This document shows, piece after piece, positions 21,243 to 36,300 of a DNA stretch of 64,000 nucleotides (positions are counted from its first letter, which is position 1; every line of letters begins with the position of its first letter). The translations under genes were made by a program, and so were the position numbers. Under the pieces are notes generated by a model. The model did no database searches, had not been told where the DNA came from, and saw only the letters and a program-made list of their open reading frames with translations. Origin of the DNA: Amphiscolops sp. MND2022 (lineage: Eukaryota); NCBI GenBank assembly GCA_964187785.1, contig OZ076409.1:55120001-55184000 (forward strand), read 5' to 3'.

Positions 21243-22678
21243 AATATGACCCTATGATTTTGCTAATTCAACTATGACTATAACGATCGTCTCATTCCTC
21301 ATCATGAAAAAAGATTGTGGACAAACTTTTCGGAATTTACATAGTTTGTCATTTTTCTTGCAACTGAAAACGTGTGATATGAAAGTTATATGTTGAAAAT
21401 CAAAAAGAGGCAAAAGGTGCTGTCTTGAGCCTCAGTTGTCCTCTGTCGCGTTTTTATCCTCTATTCGGTACCCTTGTCACTATTGTTCCTTAGCATTTTC
21501 ATATATGGAGAACTCTGGCCTTTCTCGGAAATCGCCCAAATGATGTTTACTGTTTTATAAATTTTTTCGCAGAATTTTTAAATTAATCTGAACTGCTCTT
21601 GCGTGCTACTGAAATCTCTTTTTGTATTTCACCCATTTCTTTTCAGTAATATTCAAATTTCCGAGTTTGTTTATAATGAGTTGTTTAACTGCGCATCATA
21701 GATGTTCTTGACACAAAGCGATGTGTTATTTTAATTCCTAAGAATGAACTTCAATAGATTTTTTCGTTTCAATTTTACCTGCTTGCTACGAAGTCGAAAG
21801 CTGAATTCGTGCTTGCATAAATTATTGAGACTTCACTGAACCCGAAGACAACATCACTGTGTTCCTAATTTTTGTTCAAATGCTGGTGTTCTAATGAATG
21901 TGTTCGGAGATGACGAACCAGGAATGACTGCGTTCTAGACAACATTAAGAATGAATAAAATTCATGCGCATGAATTCCTTTGGCTCAGGTGTAGGGGTAG
22001 ACCTGCATTTTCCGTTCAAGTGAAGGCGTTCATAAGCCGTGTGGCGTCGTGAATTCGTATTCACTCGGTTTTTATTGAATATGGAAATTCAGTGTTTCCA
22101 CTTTTCAACAGTTCACTTTAAACTCTAATTACCACACAGTCTTCCATATATAATGTCAATAACGTTACATTTCTAGCTTCAATATTACGACCACAATCGT
22201 ATTTTTTATCAATTAGAAGGTCTGGTCTCTATTACAAGTGTCCGAATTCTTTGAATGCGAGTAAAAGTTGTTGGACTTGCTCTTGCATTAATAAGACTTT
22301 AATTTACGGAATTTTCCAGTTTTTTGTGAGCAGCGGCTATGAACAAACCAATTCATCAGTTTGTCAATCACAGTTGAGTTTTAACATGGTCAACTGAATT
22401 CGATTCTTGTTGAAACGCGTTCAAACCGCATTTGCAACTTTCTCGTTACATAGCATTAACCAACTTCAATACTTCGATAAGTGATCCTTTGTTTCCGAAT
22501 AAATTCGACCACCTCAAATTTGGATTGGAATGCAATTAACCGCAAGTTAACCTCAGTTTACAATCAATTAGTTTTATTATGATTTTACAGTTCATTATCC
22601 CAAATTGGTAAGTTGGCATTCTGTGAAATTTCAGATCTATTTGCTGCCGCGAGTAGTGCGAGATAATAGTTGTGCACA

Positions 22679-22905
22679 ATGCCGATCCAGGATCACCTCA
22701 CAATCGATGTTTCCGAGCAGAAGATGGCTGATGCCAAGTTGGATCAGCCCACCCGCAAAGCTGTGAAAGAGGAACTGCCATCGCCCAGAGCAAGACCCCC
22801 TGTGCCGCCCACCAGTGGTATAGATCAACCCCTCAAGAGCTCAATGCACCCTTCGTCGAACAACTCCAAAGAAAACAGCAAACGCACCACACGTTTGGCC
22901 ACCAG
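22679..22905 (+). CDS. AHCYL1: AHCYL1/IRBIT-like gene, probable first coding exon
   Basis: Pro-rich open frame from ATG 22679 (alternative ATG 22724). The AG|GTATC phase-2 donor joins in frame to exon 24194, giving ...ATR-TLSVSS. Confidence 0.6.
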
Positions 22906-24193
22906 GTATCATATGTCACACTGAATTTTAAATTCTCTCACAAATGATCACAAAAGTTTATATCGCCTTTTTTTCAGAAAAAAAGTTGAAACAACGGCCT
23001 AATTGAGAGTTCAATCCAACATGGGCAATGGGCCATTAATTGAGTACTGAAACTATTTTCGGCTTGTCAAGAGATTCTTACAGAGATACGGAGATTGCAA
23101 AAACATGCGTATTTTCAAAGATTCTTAATGTCATCTGCTCTGTATTTTGAGCTTTGTTTGAATTTAATGTAAATCTTGAAAATCGTGCCAAAGTGCTGCA
23201 ATTTGCCTGCACTGTATAATTGACGGGGTTGGCAAATGAACGAAGTTTCACCTATTGAATGAACAGTTTTTTAAAACAAAAAAACATGCTGTTGTCTTCA
23301 AGTCATGTTTGACGTCAAACTTCGAATTGACGTTAAAGATCAGCCGAGAGTCACTGAAAATCAGCAAAGTTCAATTAAGAGGGCACTTTTGGCATTTCAT
23401 TTTCTCGGCTGAATGCGAGCAGACATTTGATGGTAGAGAATTGGAAAACTTATTCGTTCAACATGAAATTTTCGCGTGAAACATCAAGAACGCTTTTTGC
23501 TGGTGTTTTCCTGTCGCATGTTTCTGACTGCCTTAATATTTCTGATTGAGTCATTAAAGTTTAATTACTGCATAGTCTGAAAAAAACTAATCCTTTGATA
23601 GGCTAAATGTAACTGAAAGCTATTGCACCTTTTTAGTAGTCAAGTTCCATGCCTTTTGCTCAAAAGTGTAATGATCCGTCCAAAAAATCGGAATTTCTTT
23701 CAAATTTTGCCCGTTTCATAGACTTTTTTAAAATTTTAAATGTTTTCATGGACATGAGCATGAACATCTACAGAGTTCAAAACCAAAACTTTCATTGAAA
23801 TCAGAAGAAAGCTTTCATATGCACAAAACTCAAAAAGTCCACTTTTTTAGTCGGCGCTTTTCTTAAGAAAAGAGCCCGACTATTACAGTCACTCGTTTTT
23901 TAGTCGCAGCAGCTCCAAACAACCCTTGTTCATGGGTATCCAAGTTTTTGTGTATTTCATGGTACTGTATTTCAAGATATTTTGGGTTTTTCATTAAGTT
24001 TTTCGACCCTATATGGTTTTCCATTAGATTTCAACTATGGGATGATGTGAGAAATTGTAATCGATCATGGAGTCGAAATACACAAAAATTATTTTGACTC
24101 CAGGTGCCTTATTAATTTATTGAACTTCTCGGAGCAAATTTCAAGCCTCTAAATTAATTGATATAATTCAAGCCTCTAAACTCTTTGTTACAG

Positions 24194-24387
24194 AACATTG
24201 TCTGTGTCTTCGGCCGACTCACTCACGTCATCTTTCTCGGATCTGGACGACGATCAAGATGACTCATGCTCAGTGCGCAACAGAGTACAACTGAACTCGA
24301 AAGGCTTTTCCGACTTCTGTGTCCGGAAAATAGCCAGAGCCGAATTCGGGAGACGAGAAATCGAGATTGCTGAGCAAGAAATGCCAG
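24194..24387 (+). CDS. AHCYL1: AHCYL1/IRBIT-like exon: serine-rich IRBIT region and start of the AHCY-like domain
   Basis: TTACAG acceptor; SVSSADSLTSSFSDLDDD...NSKGFSDFCVRKIARAEFGRREIEIAEQEMPG; G|GTTAG donor. Confidence 0.9.
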
Positions 24388-26496
24388 GTTAGACTTGAAC
24401 GTATTGGATAAAATGAAAAACAAGACGGGAACGTCTAAAGTCGGCGCTATATCTAAGGCTCAAAAAAGCGCTTAGTTTTTAAACTTGTAAAAGGGGGGAC
24501 CCTTTCAGCTTTTTGAAAATCCAGTCTGTTGCAAAATATCAAAAAAATTGAAGGAGACAATAAAAAAATTCGGAAATTTTTTTGAAAAAACTTTCGAAAA
24601 AACGAAAAATGAGAAGTTTGAAACAGTCTCACAGTGCCGAAAACTAGAGAGGGGGGACCCTTTGGGCTTTTTGAAACTTCAGTTTGCTGCAAAATATCAA
24701 AAAACTTGAAGGGGGGACCGTTTGGCGACAAAAGAAAATTCGAAAAAAAAGTCGCACAGTGCCGAAAAAAATTCAAAGGGGGGGACCCTGTAGTCCCGTC
24801 CGGTTTTGTATCTTACGTTAAAAATTGAGTACACGAAAGGGGGGACCCTTTGCAGTAACTCAGATGTGATTCCGCTTGCCGGTTCAGTACTTTTAGTAGT
24901 TCTGTAAAAAGTGTCCACTACGCATACATTCTGTGGTCTGACGAAAAAAAAAAGAAAAAAAAACTTGCCACTGTAATAGTCGGGCTCATTTTCTTCTAAA
25001 ATGCGCCGACTAAAAATAATGATTTGTAAGTTACAGTGACATAAAACTAAAAATCGTTCATTATGTGAGATGTAACATTTGTCTTGTAGATTGGCTAGAA
25101 CATCTGAAACCTTTTCTCAACGTATAATAGTAGCGGAGAACTTTAACCTTCCACCTCACTGTACCCATATTTCTTCATGATCTTTCTTCGAATTTTCCAC
25201 AACCTCCCTTTATCTGTATTTTTTAAATTTCAGCTTTAATAAAGAGCTTTGAGATGCTAAACTGTATCAATGCTTATATTTACATATATACTTTTGACAT
25301 TTGCGTCTAAATAAATGAACTTTCTTCAGCTTAATTCAATTTTAAGTTCAATTATTAAGTTACTCTGGTTTCTCTATTTTTCGGAGGGTTTGATTGAATA
25401 ATTCGATCTGTGCTTATGCATTGAAACGTCACCAGTCCATTCAGATACCATTTGTAAGGAAATTGGCAATTTTTGAACATCAGAAGTTACGCGGCCCGCG
25501 CGGCAAATTGAGACACAAAAGTATTATAGAAATGGAGAAAAATGGATCATCCTATTGAAATCACAAAAAATACCCGCCCTTAGTTATGCCCAAAATAATT
25601 GCGCCCTTCTTGTACTTTGTTTTTGTCTTAAATTCCTTAGAGCCTGTGATCCAATTTTGTGTATGGCCTCATTATTCCGTTAGAATTGTACCAAGCGGTA
25701 TGCAAAATGGCGATGATTGAATTTCTGCCGCAATTTGAATGGAGTAACTCAGGTTCATTTTTGGTACAAAGATGATGATTGATATAAACGGCATTTAAAA
25801 ATAATTACCATCAAAAGTATTGGTCGGCAATGCTTTCTTCTAAAAACCTACCATTTAACAAGTCGTATATTTCATTTCGTTCATTCGTTATGGAGGTGAA
25901 TTTTTTTCCGAGATGAAACGCATTTCCGTTTTGACGAGACAAGGAAGCTTCTTAAAAGCTGATAATTTTACATTTTTTGTATTTTACAATACAAATTAGT
26001 TTTCTTTCGATTTGGTATGTACAATTTGGGAAAGTTGCGAAGTGCTTGCAAGCGCTTCTAGTCGAGGAATAACTTTTGGTTGTCGCTTCGATTACGCGAG
26101 ACTTGCAGATTGTTTGCGGAATTCGTCTATAAAAAAATCTTTGAAGGTTATAAACTATTTGAAGGTTAAATTGAGACAAATTATTATATTCACGTGGTAA
26201 TAGGAGGCGTGTTGAAGCCATAGACCAATTTCACCTCGCAGTCCAATTCAGCCGCGAATTTTATTTGAAGCCGCTGACGCAAATATAATGAATTACTATT
26301 ACAAATAATCTGAAAGTGTTGTTGATGCGTTATTGTTCATCTGATTATAGATTAGCTGAGTCTACTTACCGAGGTTTATTATCATTTTGTTCGAGCTGGG
26401 ATACTACACGTACTGTACTTACGATCTCATGTGTGTCAACAATATCAGACTGCATCTGAACTTAGTTATCTGACATAGCAATATCACTACTGCAAG

Positions 26497-26779
26497 ATGG
26501 ATTCGCTCCCTAAATTGATCATTAACCATAATGATGTCCTTAAATCCTCCAAAGATGACTCGAATATTAATACCAGAACTCGTACTTTGTCGATTTCGTC
26601 ATCGAGCGATTCTTTGTCGTCTTCACTTTCCGACCTGGACGATATTCCCAATCATGTTGCCTCAATTCGTAACCGAGTTCAATGCAATTCCAAAGGTTTT
26701 TCCGATTTCCGGGTGCGCAAATTATCCAGGGCAGAATTTGGGAAACGTTGTATTGAGATTGCCGAGGAGGAAATGTTTG
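26497..26779 (+). CDS. AHCYL1: Duplicated paralogous exon of the AHCYL gene with its own ATG (candidate alternative first exon)
   Basis: MDSLPK...TRTLSISSSSDSLSSSLSDLDD...NSKGFSDFRVRKLSRAEFGKRCIEIAEEEMFG; same phase-1 G|GTTAG donor as the 24194-24387 exon. Confidence 0.75.
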
Positions 26780-29509
26780 GTTAGTTGAATTAGGACCACG
26801 TAATTTTTAGTTAGCTTCTCATTGCATTTTTAGGAAAAATTTTTTCGACTACTTATGCAATCGTGTCTTTTTTTTCTCCCGACCTTTTCATGAAAATTTC
26901 AAATTTGTCAAAAACTGTCCATACGATTTTTATAAAATTTTGCAGTCATTCTACACTCAAAGGGGCCCCTGCGTGCGCAAAGGCATCAAAATCGTATGAC
27001 TGGAATGTGAGAAACAAAGCCAAAATTAGCCCAAAAATGGCCAAAAAACAGTCATTTTTCGATTTTCGCAAAAACTGTCCATACGATTCGAACGAAATTT
27101 TCTACAGTCATTTTCTACACCGTAATTTGGTCCTATGTGTGCAATTTCAATAAGTTCGTATGACTGGGATTGGAGCGAGTCAGAAGGAAAAAGACCTAAG
27201 CCGACTCCTTTACCGCATATGCGGCTCTGGTTTAAAACTCTGCATGTTTTATCACGTAAGACTTTCATTTACACGGATTTTTAAATCTAGAGAACCTTCA
27301 CAAATGGTGAACAGTTAGGTCTTGCAATCTTTTCTTTTTTCATCCGGAAGCGTCTGATAGACCCATTAAGACCCAGGAATAAAATTTTCGTGTCGGGGTG
27401 GGTATGTGAATGAGGAACATGGACCGAATTTTAAGTTGATGAAGTTTTCAACATGCCATGCAGTGCTTAATCACACAGGTCCGCAACACCTCAAGCAAAT
27501 GCCGAAGAAAAATAACAGTTAGGAAATTGCAGTGTCGTAACCTCCCTCAAACCACCTAATTTCTTGCCATGATGTGTTTCATGTTTTTTTCTTGGTTTGA
27601 TTCAAATTCACCTGATAATCACGAGTCGAATTGTTTCATGTTCAGGTACATCCATCATTTATATTGTCATTACCAAGTTCCATCTAATCAATCATGCCAA
27701 AGAGACCAGATTGATCAAATGACAGTCAATAAACGATGGTTCACAGATGTTCAAAGATTTGTTTAAACTTCCATTTGTCGTTGTGTAGTTTGTACCAGAG
27801 TCACCGCACCTCAGTTCAATTACGCGACGATTCACTGCATAAGTTGAATGTTTCATATCAGACTCAACTTGGCGGCCTCTAGATTAAATTGCGTTTTTTC
27901 TAACTTCATTATCTCGAGAGAGTTGGTTGAATGGTCTCGATGAATGTCTCTTGTCATGTCTTGTTGACACGTAGATTAGAACAGCCGTTGTACCATCTGA
28001 AACTTGACATGAAGTATTCACATGAACCGTCTACAAAATATTTCGTTCAAGTCTGTTGGCAAAAAAACATGAATGAAAAATTGGGAAACGTGCGTGAACA
28101 AAATGTAATCGTAAAAAAGCGGCGTGAACAAATTTTGAATGGCTCTGAAACTTGAATTTGTTCATGCTTCAAACCATTCATTCAATGCTTCTCCATTAAT
28201 TTTCCCGCAAATTCTGTTTGAATTGGATTGGTCCTGAAATGAAGAATTGAATGCAACTCCTTAAGGCAATCTGGAATCAGTGGAAATTTTTTTTGAGCTT
28301 ATTTGCTTTTCAGGAAACATGAACAAACAGTTCATGCCTAGACATGACATGTTAATTGTACATCAGAACAAACAGTAATCCATGCCTAGACATGACATGT
28401 TAATTGTACATCAGAATTAATGTATTTGTTATTGTACATCAGAATTTTATTTTGGACCATGTCATCTATTCCGTCGACATCCATTATTTTATTGGACCAA
28501 AATTCCAACGCAAACAATGTCGACATAATAGTGTTTGAACCTTCTCTCTTATTTCCCCCTGCCGCAGTTGGGGGAATAGATGGCATGGTCCTTCATTTTT
28601 ACAAGAATATACTGATATTATAATGTATTTACTAAATTATTATTTAGAAGAATATATCTACTGAATAAGGGTCAATAATTTCAAACAGCTCGAAATGCTC
28701 ATTTTAAATTTGGTTTGCGATATAACTCAAGCGTTAAATATGGCGATTTCATGAACGATAGTATTAAAACTACGTTAAATGCTGTTTCAAAAAGATCAGA
28801 AAGAAAAATACTGTTCCTATTCTGGAATTTCGGTTTTTCCATATATCTTGCTTTTAACCTTAAGTTGGCCAGGAAAATTCTTGTTCCATCCAAAAATCGG
28901 ATGCTTCAACTTTAAACCGCAATATCTCCTGAACTATTCAAGTCCGAAAAACGATTTATACAGCGTTCAAAAGAGGAGCATCAGGGTTTTCAAATCAATT
29001 TATAAACTGCTGGGCTGGGGGCCCACTAGCTCCGCACTGGCTCCGGACTTTGCGCCAAAACTTAGCACGCGTCGTGTCTCTGCTTGCTTTTCAACATGTT
29101 CCAAAACATTCTGAGGCCGCTTTGACCCAATGTTGACACCAGTGGGTTAAAAGGGCCAGAAACAAAACTGGGAAAATGGAAAATCTGCAGTTTTTTTTTG
29201 AATTTTTTGTCTCATTTTCTGGATTTCGGAGACATCACGTCAATATTCCGTGAAAAGGCGCCGAATGCTATGCAATATTGTCTGAAAATCTTATTCAAGA
29301 GTTTGCTTTACCATACAATCAGCTGGTGCGTTTAGAATTTGCAGAAAATAAATGTGCCAAATTTGGCACATTGGCCAAGTTAAGGTTAAGCATTGCTTCG
29401 AATATCCGGGAGTTTCATGTCCGGATTCGGCGAAACTGAAGTTTGTGATGTTTATAGGCAAAATTTTGGCCTAATGTTAAATACTTTTATTGGAAGTCTT
29501 TGTTGGGCG

Positions 29510-30656
29510 CAGTGTTGGCTGATTTAAATCAACAGTAAAAATCCGATTTAAATTAAGATTTAAATCAAAGCCTTTGTGGTTGATTTATTTCTTGTCAATA
29601 TTTTTATATAGTGAAGGGAACTATTCAGTATATACTGAGTTGTTCACCATCAACGGCGGACCTGGAGAAAATTTTTTCAACCTACAGTTGGGTACACTCC
29701 AAGGAGTGCAATCGCCTAGGAGTTGAAAATCAGCAAATCACAAACCCTGAACATGTCCCGATGATTGTGAAGTATTATATTATGCTTTCTAAGTGTATCA
29801 TCTGAATTATTAAAGGTTACGCAGTAAAAATGTTTTCAAACTAACACTGTAGGTGACTTTGATTTTTATTATTTCTGCGATAGCAGGAATATTATAGAAA
29901 TCTCAGAAGTCTACTTATTTTTTTTCAGTACAATTTGTTCGGCAGTGACTGTAAGCGTGAGAATTAAATTTCTCAAGCTGCCGACATTTCAATTCTTGTG
30001 TGATGGAACGAGCGAGTGGTAATTATGCATTCGTATGCTGACGTCATTGAGATGAAGCGAGTGAATGTTCGTAATTATGCGTTAATTATTCGTTCGTTGA
30101 GAGCTTCGCCTGCATTCAAATGCGAAAGCGAATCTTCGTCTACGCTTAGTAGTTATATTTTCTTTAGTCCGAGAAGAATTAAAGGCGGTGTAAACTTGGA
30201 TTACGTACCAAATAACATAAGAGCAAATAACATAAAAAAATAACATAAAAATGAAATTAGTTTCAAATAACATAAAAATAAAACCGAATGCCCGGTTAAA
30301 CAATCGAACTCACGAAATTTTATTTGTAATTTTTATACTTTTTTCAGTGAGTCTTTTGAATTGTGAATGATTTTGACCAGTAAAACTCTCTCGTAAACAA
30401 TTTTATTTTTGTTTAGTAAAACTCATTTCATTTTTGTTATTTGAAACTATTTTTTTTTGTTATTTTCTCTTATCTTATGTGAGAATTCACCGTAAACTTG
30501 TACAGTGATTAATTGTGCGCTAAATTATGATTAAACAGGAGTGTATTGGTATTCCATATATGATTCTAATCTTAATGAAAGATTAAAGCAGAAATAATAA
30601 TGTGCCCCGGAGGGGCCTATTTTTTAAAATAAAAATCCGATTTTTTTCCAGCACTG
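29510..30656 (+). mobile_element. Non-autonomous hAT element in an AHCYL intron, with a nested family C repeat
   Basis: TIR CAGTGTTGG/CCAGCACTG; 8-bp TSD GTTGGGCG (29502-29509, 30657-30664); remnant PSTADLEKIFSTYSWVHSKECNRLG of the hAT C-terminal domain. Confidence 0.85.
29930..30622 (+). mobile_element. Dispersed repeat family C (Helitron/Helentron-like 3' hairpin); other copies ~40445-40873, ~47380-48312, and a partial inverted copy ~59090-59230
   Basis: Shared body (AAGCGTGAGA.TT.AATT...GAGCGAGTGGTAATTATGCATTCGTA) ending in a GCCCC-x-GGG(G)C hairpin followed by CTATTTT. Confidence 0.6.
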
Positions 30657-30717
30657 GTTGGGCGTCTCTTGAATGGCGTCTCATGTAAACGGTTGTAATT
30701 TTTCGTTGTAAAGATGA

Positions 30718-31278
<561 letters not shown>

Positions 31279-31345
31279 TGAAACAGTTAATAAAGCGCTC
31301 AAAATAACTAAAATGAAACAGGATATGGAATTCTCTTTAACATGA

Positions 31346-31840
<495 letters not shown>

Positions 31841-32112
31841 TAGTTAGAAAATTATATGTTGAAACTTTTCGTGAATTTTCCTAGAATGGGCTTAAATGTC
31901 GTTTTCGTTCACCGTGGAGCTATATCAGTTGGTTCAAGCGTCGCGTACCGCTGAAGTTTTGTTACCTTCAAAAACAACCATACAGTTTTGAGCTTTCAGG
32001 TTGAAAATTTTCGAATTTTTTTCGCAAAGGATGACAAATAGAAATTCACACACGTGTCGCCTGATCAGTTTGCAAATATCTCTTTTAGATTCATTGTCAA
32101 AAACTGTCATAG

Positions 32113-32577
<465 letters not shown>

Positions 32578-33129
32578 TAACCCCTGAAATAATAAAAAAT
32601 ATTAAAATCCTGTTTTTTGAAGTGTTTAAACAATTTAGCTACAATTTTGGGCCGTTTGTTATTTACTCATCTAACTTAGCTACCAAGTTGATTTAATGTT
32701 TTCATCGTTTTCTTTTTAAGGCGTGAATGCAAAACTTCATTAAACATCACTTGGAATATCGTTTCTTGGTAAAGTGTCAAAAAATTGTTGTCCTTCATTC
32801 AAGTAACAAAGCTTATGGTCCAACATAGCTTATTTGAATGTTTTATATATTTTATTCGAGAATCAGCTTGTAATTGCAGCAAAGAATCGCATGTAAAGCT
32901 TTGCTGTTGCAAATTTTGTCAAATTTTTATTCCCTTTGAGCTGAAATGTATACTTGATGCATTTTTTTGGAAATTTGTTTGCAGTCGCAGTCTTGATACT
33001 GGGTCGCTTTTTCGTTGAAATCTGACTTTTTGAATCCTTGTGCGGTCTCTAATAAACTTTCCAAATTTTTCGAATCTTTGTTGGCTTCCCATCTAGCTCA
33101 CATTTGCTAGTTGTCCTATCTGATATTAA

Positions 33130-33381
<252 letters not shown>

Positions 33382-36300
33382 ACAGACAGCTCCTTTTGGC
33401 TGCTTGAGCTGACAAGACAAAAGAAACTAGTTTTTATCTACAAATGTGCTCTAACCAGATGTCAGAAGAAGAACGTATGCAAAATTAATACAACACCAAA
33501 TGAAAGCTACTCATGGTGCAATTAGATTTATATTGTAACATCTCTTGCTTTGACCTCTGGCCCTTTCGGCCATTTTCTAGTTTTGTTAATTTTAGACTAG
33601 GCTTCAAATTTATTCATTCAATTCAACGTTGGTTCTTGAAATGCAGGTCGATGTCAATCAGTACTCATCTCCATTCATACATGGTCATTGTCAACAAGTC
33701 TGTGAAATGTCTGATTCTACAACAGACTCAAATATCTTCGAAAAAACTTGGAAACTTCACGTTGCTACTCAATGGCAGCCATTTAAATGTTGTATAGGAT
33801 TATGTATGGATCTCATTTGATCTGGTGCAAGTAAATGATCTTAGGAGGGCTTCTGCAGCAAAGGTTTTTCGTATATGAGAAAAGACTGCTGTTTGAAAGA
33901 AATTGGTTTCTTCGTTTCGTTGTTCCAAGGAGAGAAAAGTTAAGTATTGAGAACTGATGTTCTCTAAATCAACTTTTGAATTTAATTTCCAAGCTCCCAA
34001 CTCCCAGTTTTCCTGTTATTCTAGAAGTTTGGAAATCAAAGGGCTTCATGAAAAGACCCTAAAAACTGAAATGGCAAAAATTAGGTGAAACTTGAACTAA
34101 CAGCAATTGATACGGATTCATCTTTTTACGTGATTACGGTTCGAAATTCCATAGACATCCTCATTGCCACAATAGCTGGTAGGATGCCAAATTGTAGCTT
34201 CGTAGCAACAATTATTTTTGGTTTCAAATGATTTTTAGGGGTTCGAATAATTGGGCCTATTCAAGGTCAGCTGAAAGAAAAATCATGTGGAAAGTAGCCT
34301 TACATGGTTGTAAGGTATTTAAATCCTGCTTAATTGTTAACGCCGTGTCCCGGTCGGTGTCATTTTGTCTACTTCCGGTTCCGAAAACTACAGTCAAGGT
34401 GGTTGTAGGGAGTTGGAATTTGATATCCAGGTAGCCCGTGATCTTTAGTATGCATATGCCCAGTTACGTCGCGCTGACTCAATTTCAAGTGTAAAAAAAG
34501 GCCTCATGGGAAAAGGCTAAACACCTAAGAAACTTTTGCTCAACCAAGCTCAGTTCCTCGAGACCAACCAGTCTCGAATTATCAAGTTAGTGAATGAACC
34601 AGGTCAATTTTTAGGAGTCGGAAAAATTTTTGACTACTTGTTCATTCGTACCTTTTTTCTCCCGACCTTTATAATGAAAATTTCAAAATTCGTCAAAAAC
34701 TCAAAGCAATTTTTATAAAATTCAGCAATCATGCTACACCCAAAGGGCCTCCTGTGTGCGGAATGACATCAAAATCGTATGACTATGGTTTGAGAAACGA
34801 CCAAAATTTTAACCGGACTCCTTTACTTACCGCACATGCGGCGCTGGTTTTGATATGTAGTCAATAATCTCTAGTATTTGTGTGCCAAGTCTCATAGCGT
34901 TAGCTGAATTTCAAGGGTAATTGGCTACATGTGAAAAAAATGGTCCCCTAGGGAACATTCACAAATCCCAATTTCATTTATCCTGGTGATGTCACAGAAT
35001 GCTAAGCTGGAGCGGCAGCCACTAATTGGTCGCAGCTCCGCGTGCAGCACGAATTCAAGAGATTTACTTGTAATTGTCATGTTTATGCGGGTTGTCACTA
35101 CGAGACAAAGTGCAAATTTGATAAAACTTCAAATTTTCAATTTCTAACTTTTGTAATTTCGTAGCTGACCATTTTTAGTATTCATGACAATTTTCAAGAT
35201 ATTTGGATTTGAAAATGCCATTTTAAGCAATGGAGTTGTGATATTTTTGAACGCTACTGTATTGTCCATTTTTTGATTCGCGAGAAAGCGCGCACCGAAA
35301 AATAGATAGCGTTCTATTTTTCATGCCTGCAGAAAGCGTTTCTACACTTGTGTAATTTAAATAATATGGTTGATGTTGACATAAGCCTGCATAAGGGTAA
35401 TGATCTCTACTTTAGGTCACATTTCCATCTTGAATGTCTGATGGTGCTAAAACCTCCTCATTCGAAAACTTCTCTTCGTAATTCTTCCTAATTCTGGTTG
35501 ACTTCTTTGTTGAGACAGACGAAATACAGCAAATGCCGCGTCCATGTAAATGATTTCAATTTCGATAGCTGATGCCGGGTTACGTCAATTGTCTCCAACA
35601 AATTTCTAGTCGATCAGTAACTTTCAGATGAATGTCAATTATCAGGTAAAGGTCTCAAACTTTGGGTGTTGCATAAGACCCTGTAGATGTGCAGTAGTCT
35701 TATGGTTCTGCAGAAATTACTCAATGGTTCTGTTTATCAGTCTTTTGGTGTTGAATACAGATGATCCGAAATTGTGAATTGGTAGATTTTGTTTCTTTTG
35801 TAAATTAATAAATTCTTCGTGCTATTGAATTTTCTGAGTACTGAATTATAGTTCGAAATTTAAAAGATTTTGTCTGAGGAGCGAATTCGTTCGTAAAATT
35901 AGAAGTCTTAAATTAACGTTCATTTTCATGTCGGCTTCAGAAAATATGAGTTTTTTTATTTTGGATTACTCCTATAGTAGTATACTGTTTTGATCTTTAT
36001 ACCATTTTGACATTTCAACTGTATATACTCTTTTGACATTTGTCGTTCATTTTGAGCACTTTGAAAAAATAAAATCTCTTTATACGAGCGATAAGGAGCT
36101 CATTTTGTCGTTGAACTATGTTGATTATCATACCCCGAAAACATTCAAAAACCACCAAAATTGCATACGTTTGGGCTATTTTTGATAATTTCTCAAAATA
36201 TATTGCATATATTTATTGAATACATATACCACGAACATAATTTTTAGTCGGCGCTCCATGAAGTGAAACGCGACTATACCAGTGACTTTTTTCAATCCTC

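Noticed and set aside
28333..28445. Short local tandem duplications (also 45686-45730, 56048-56105)
   Set aside because: Ordinary slippage-type duplications.
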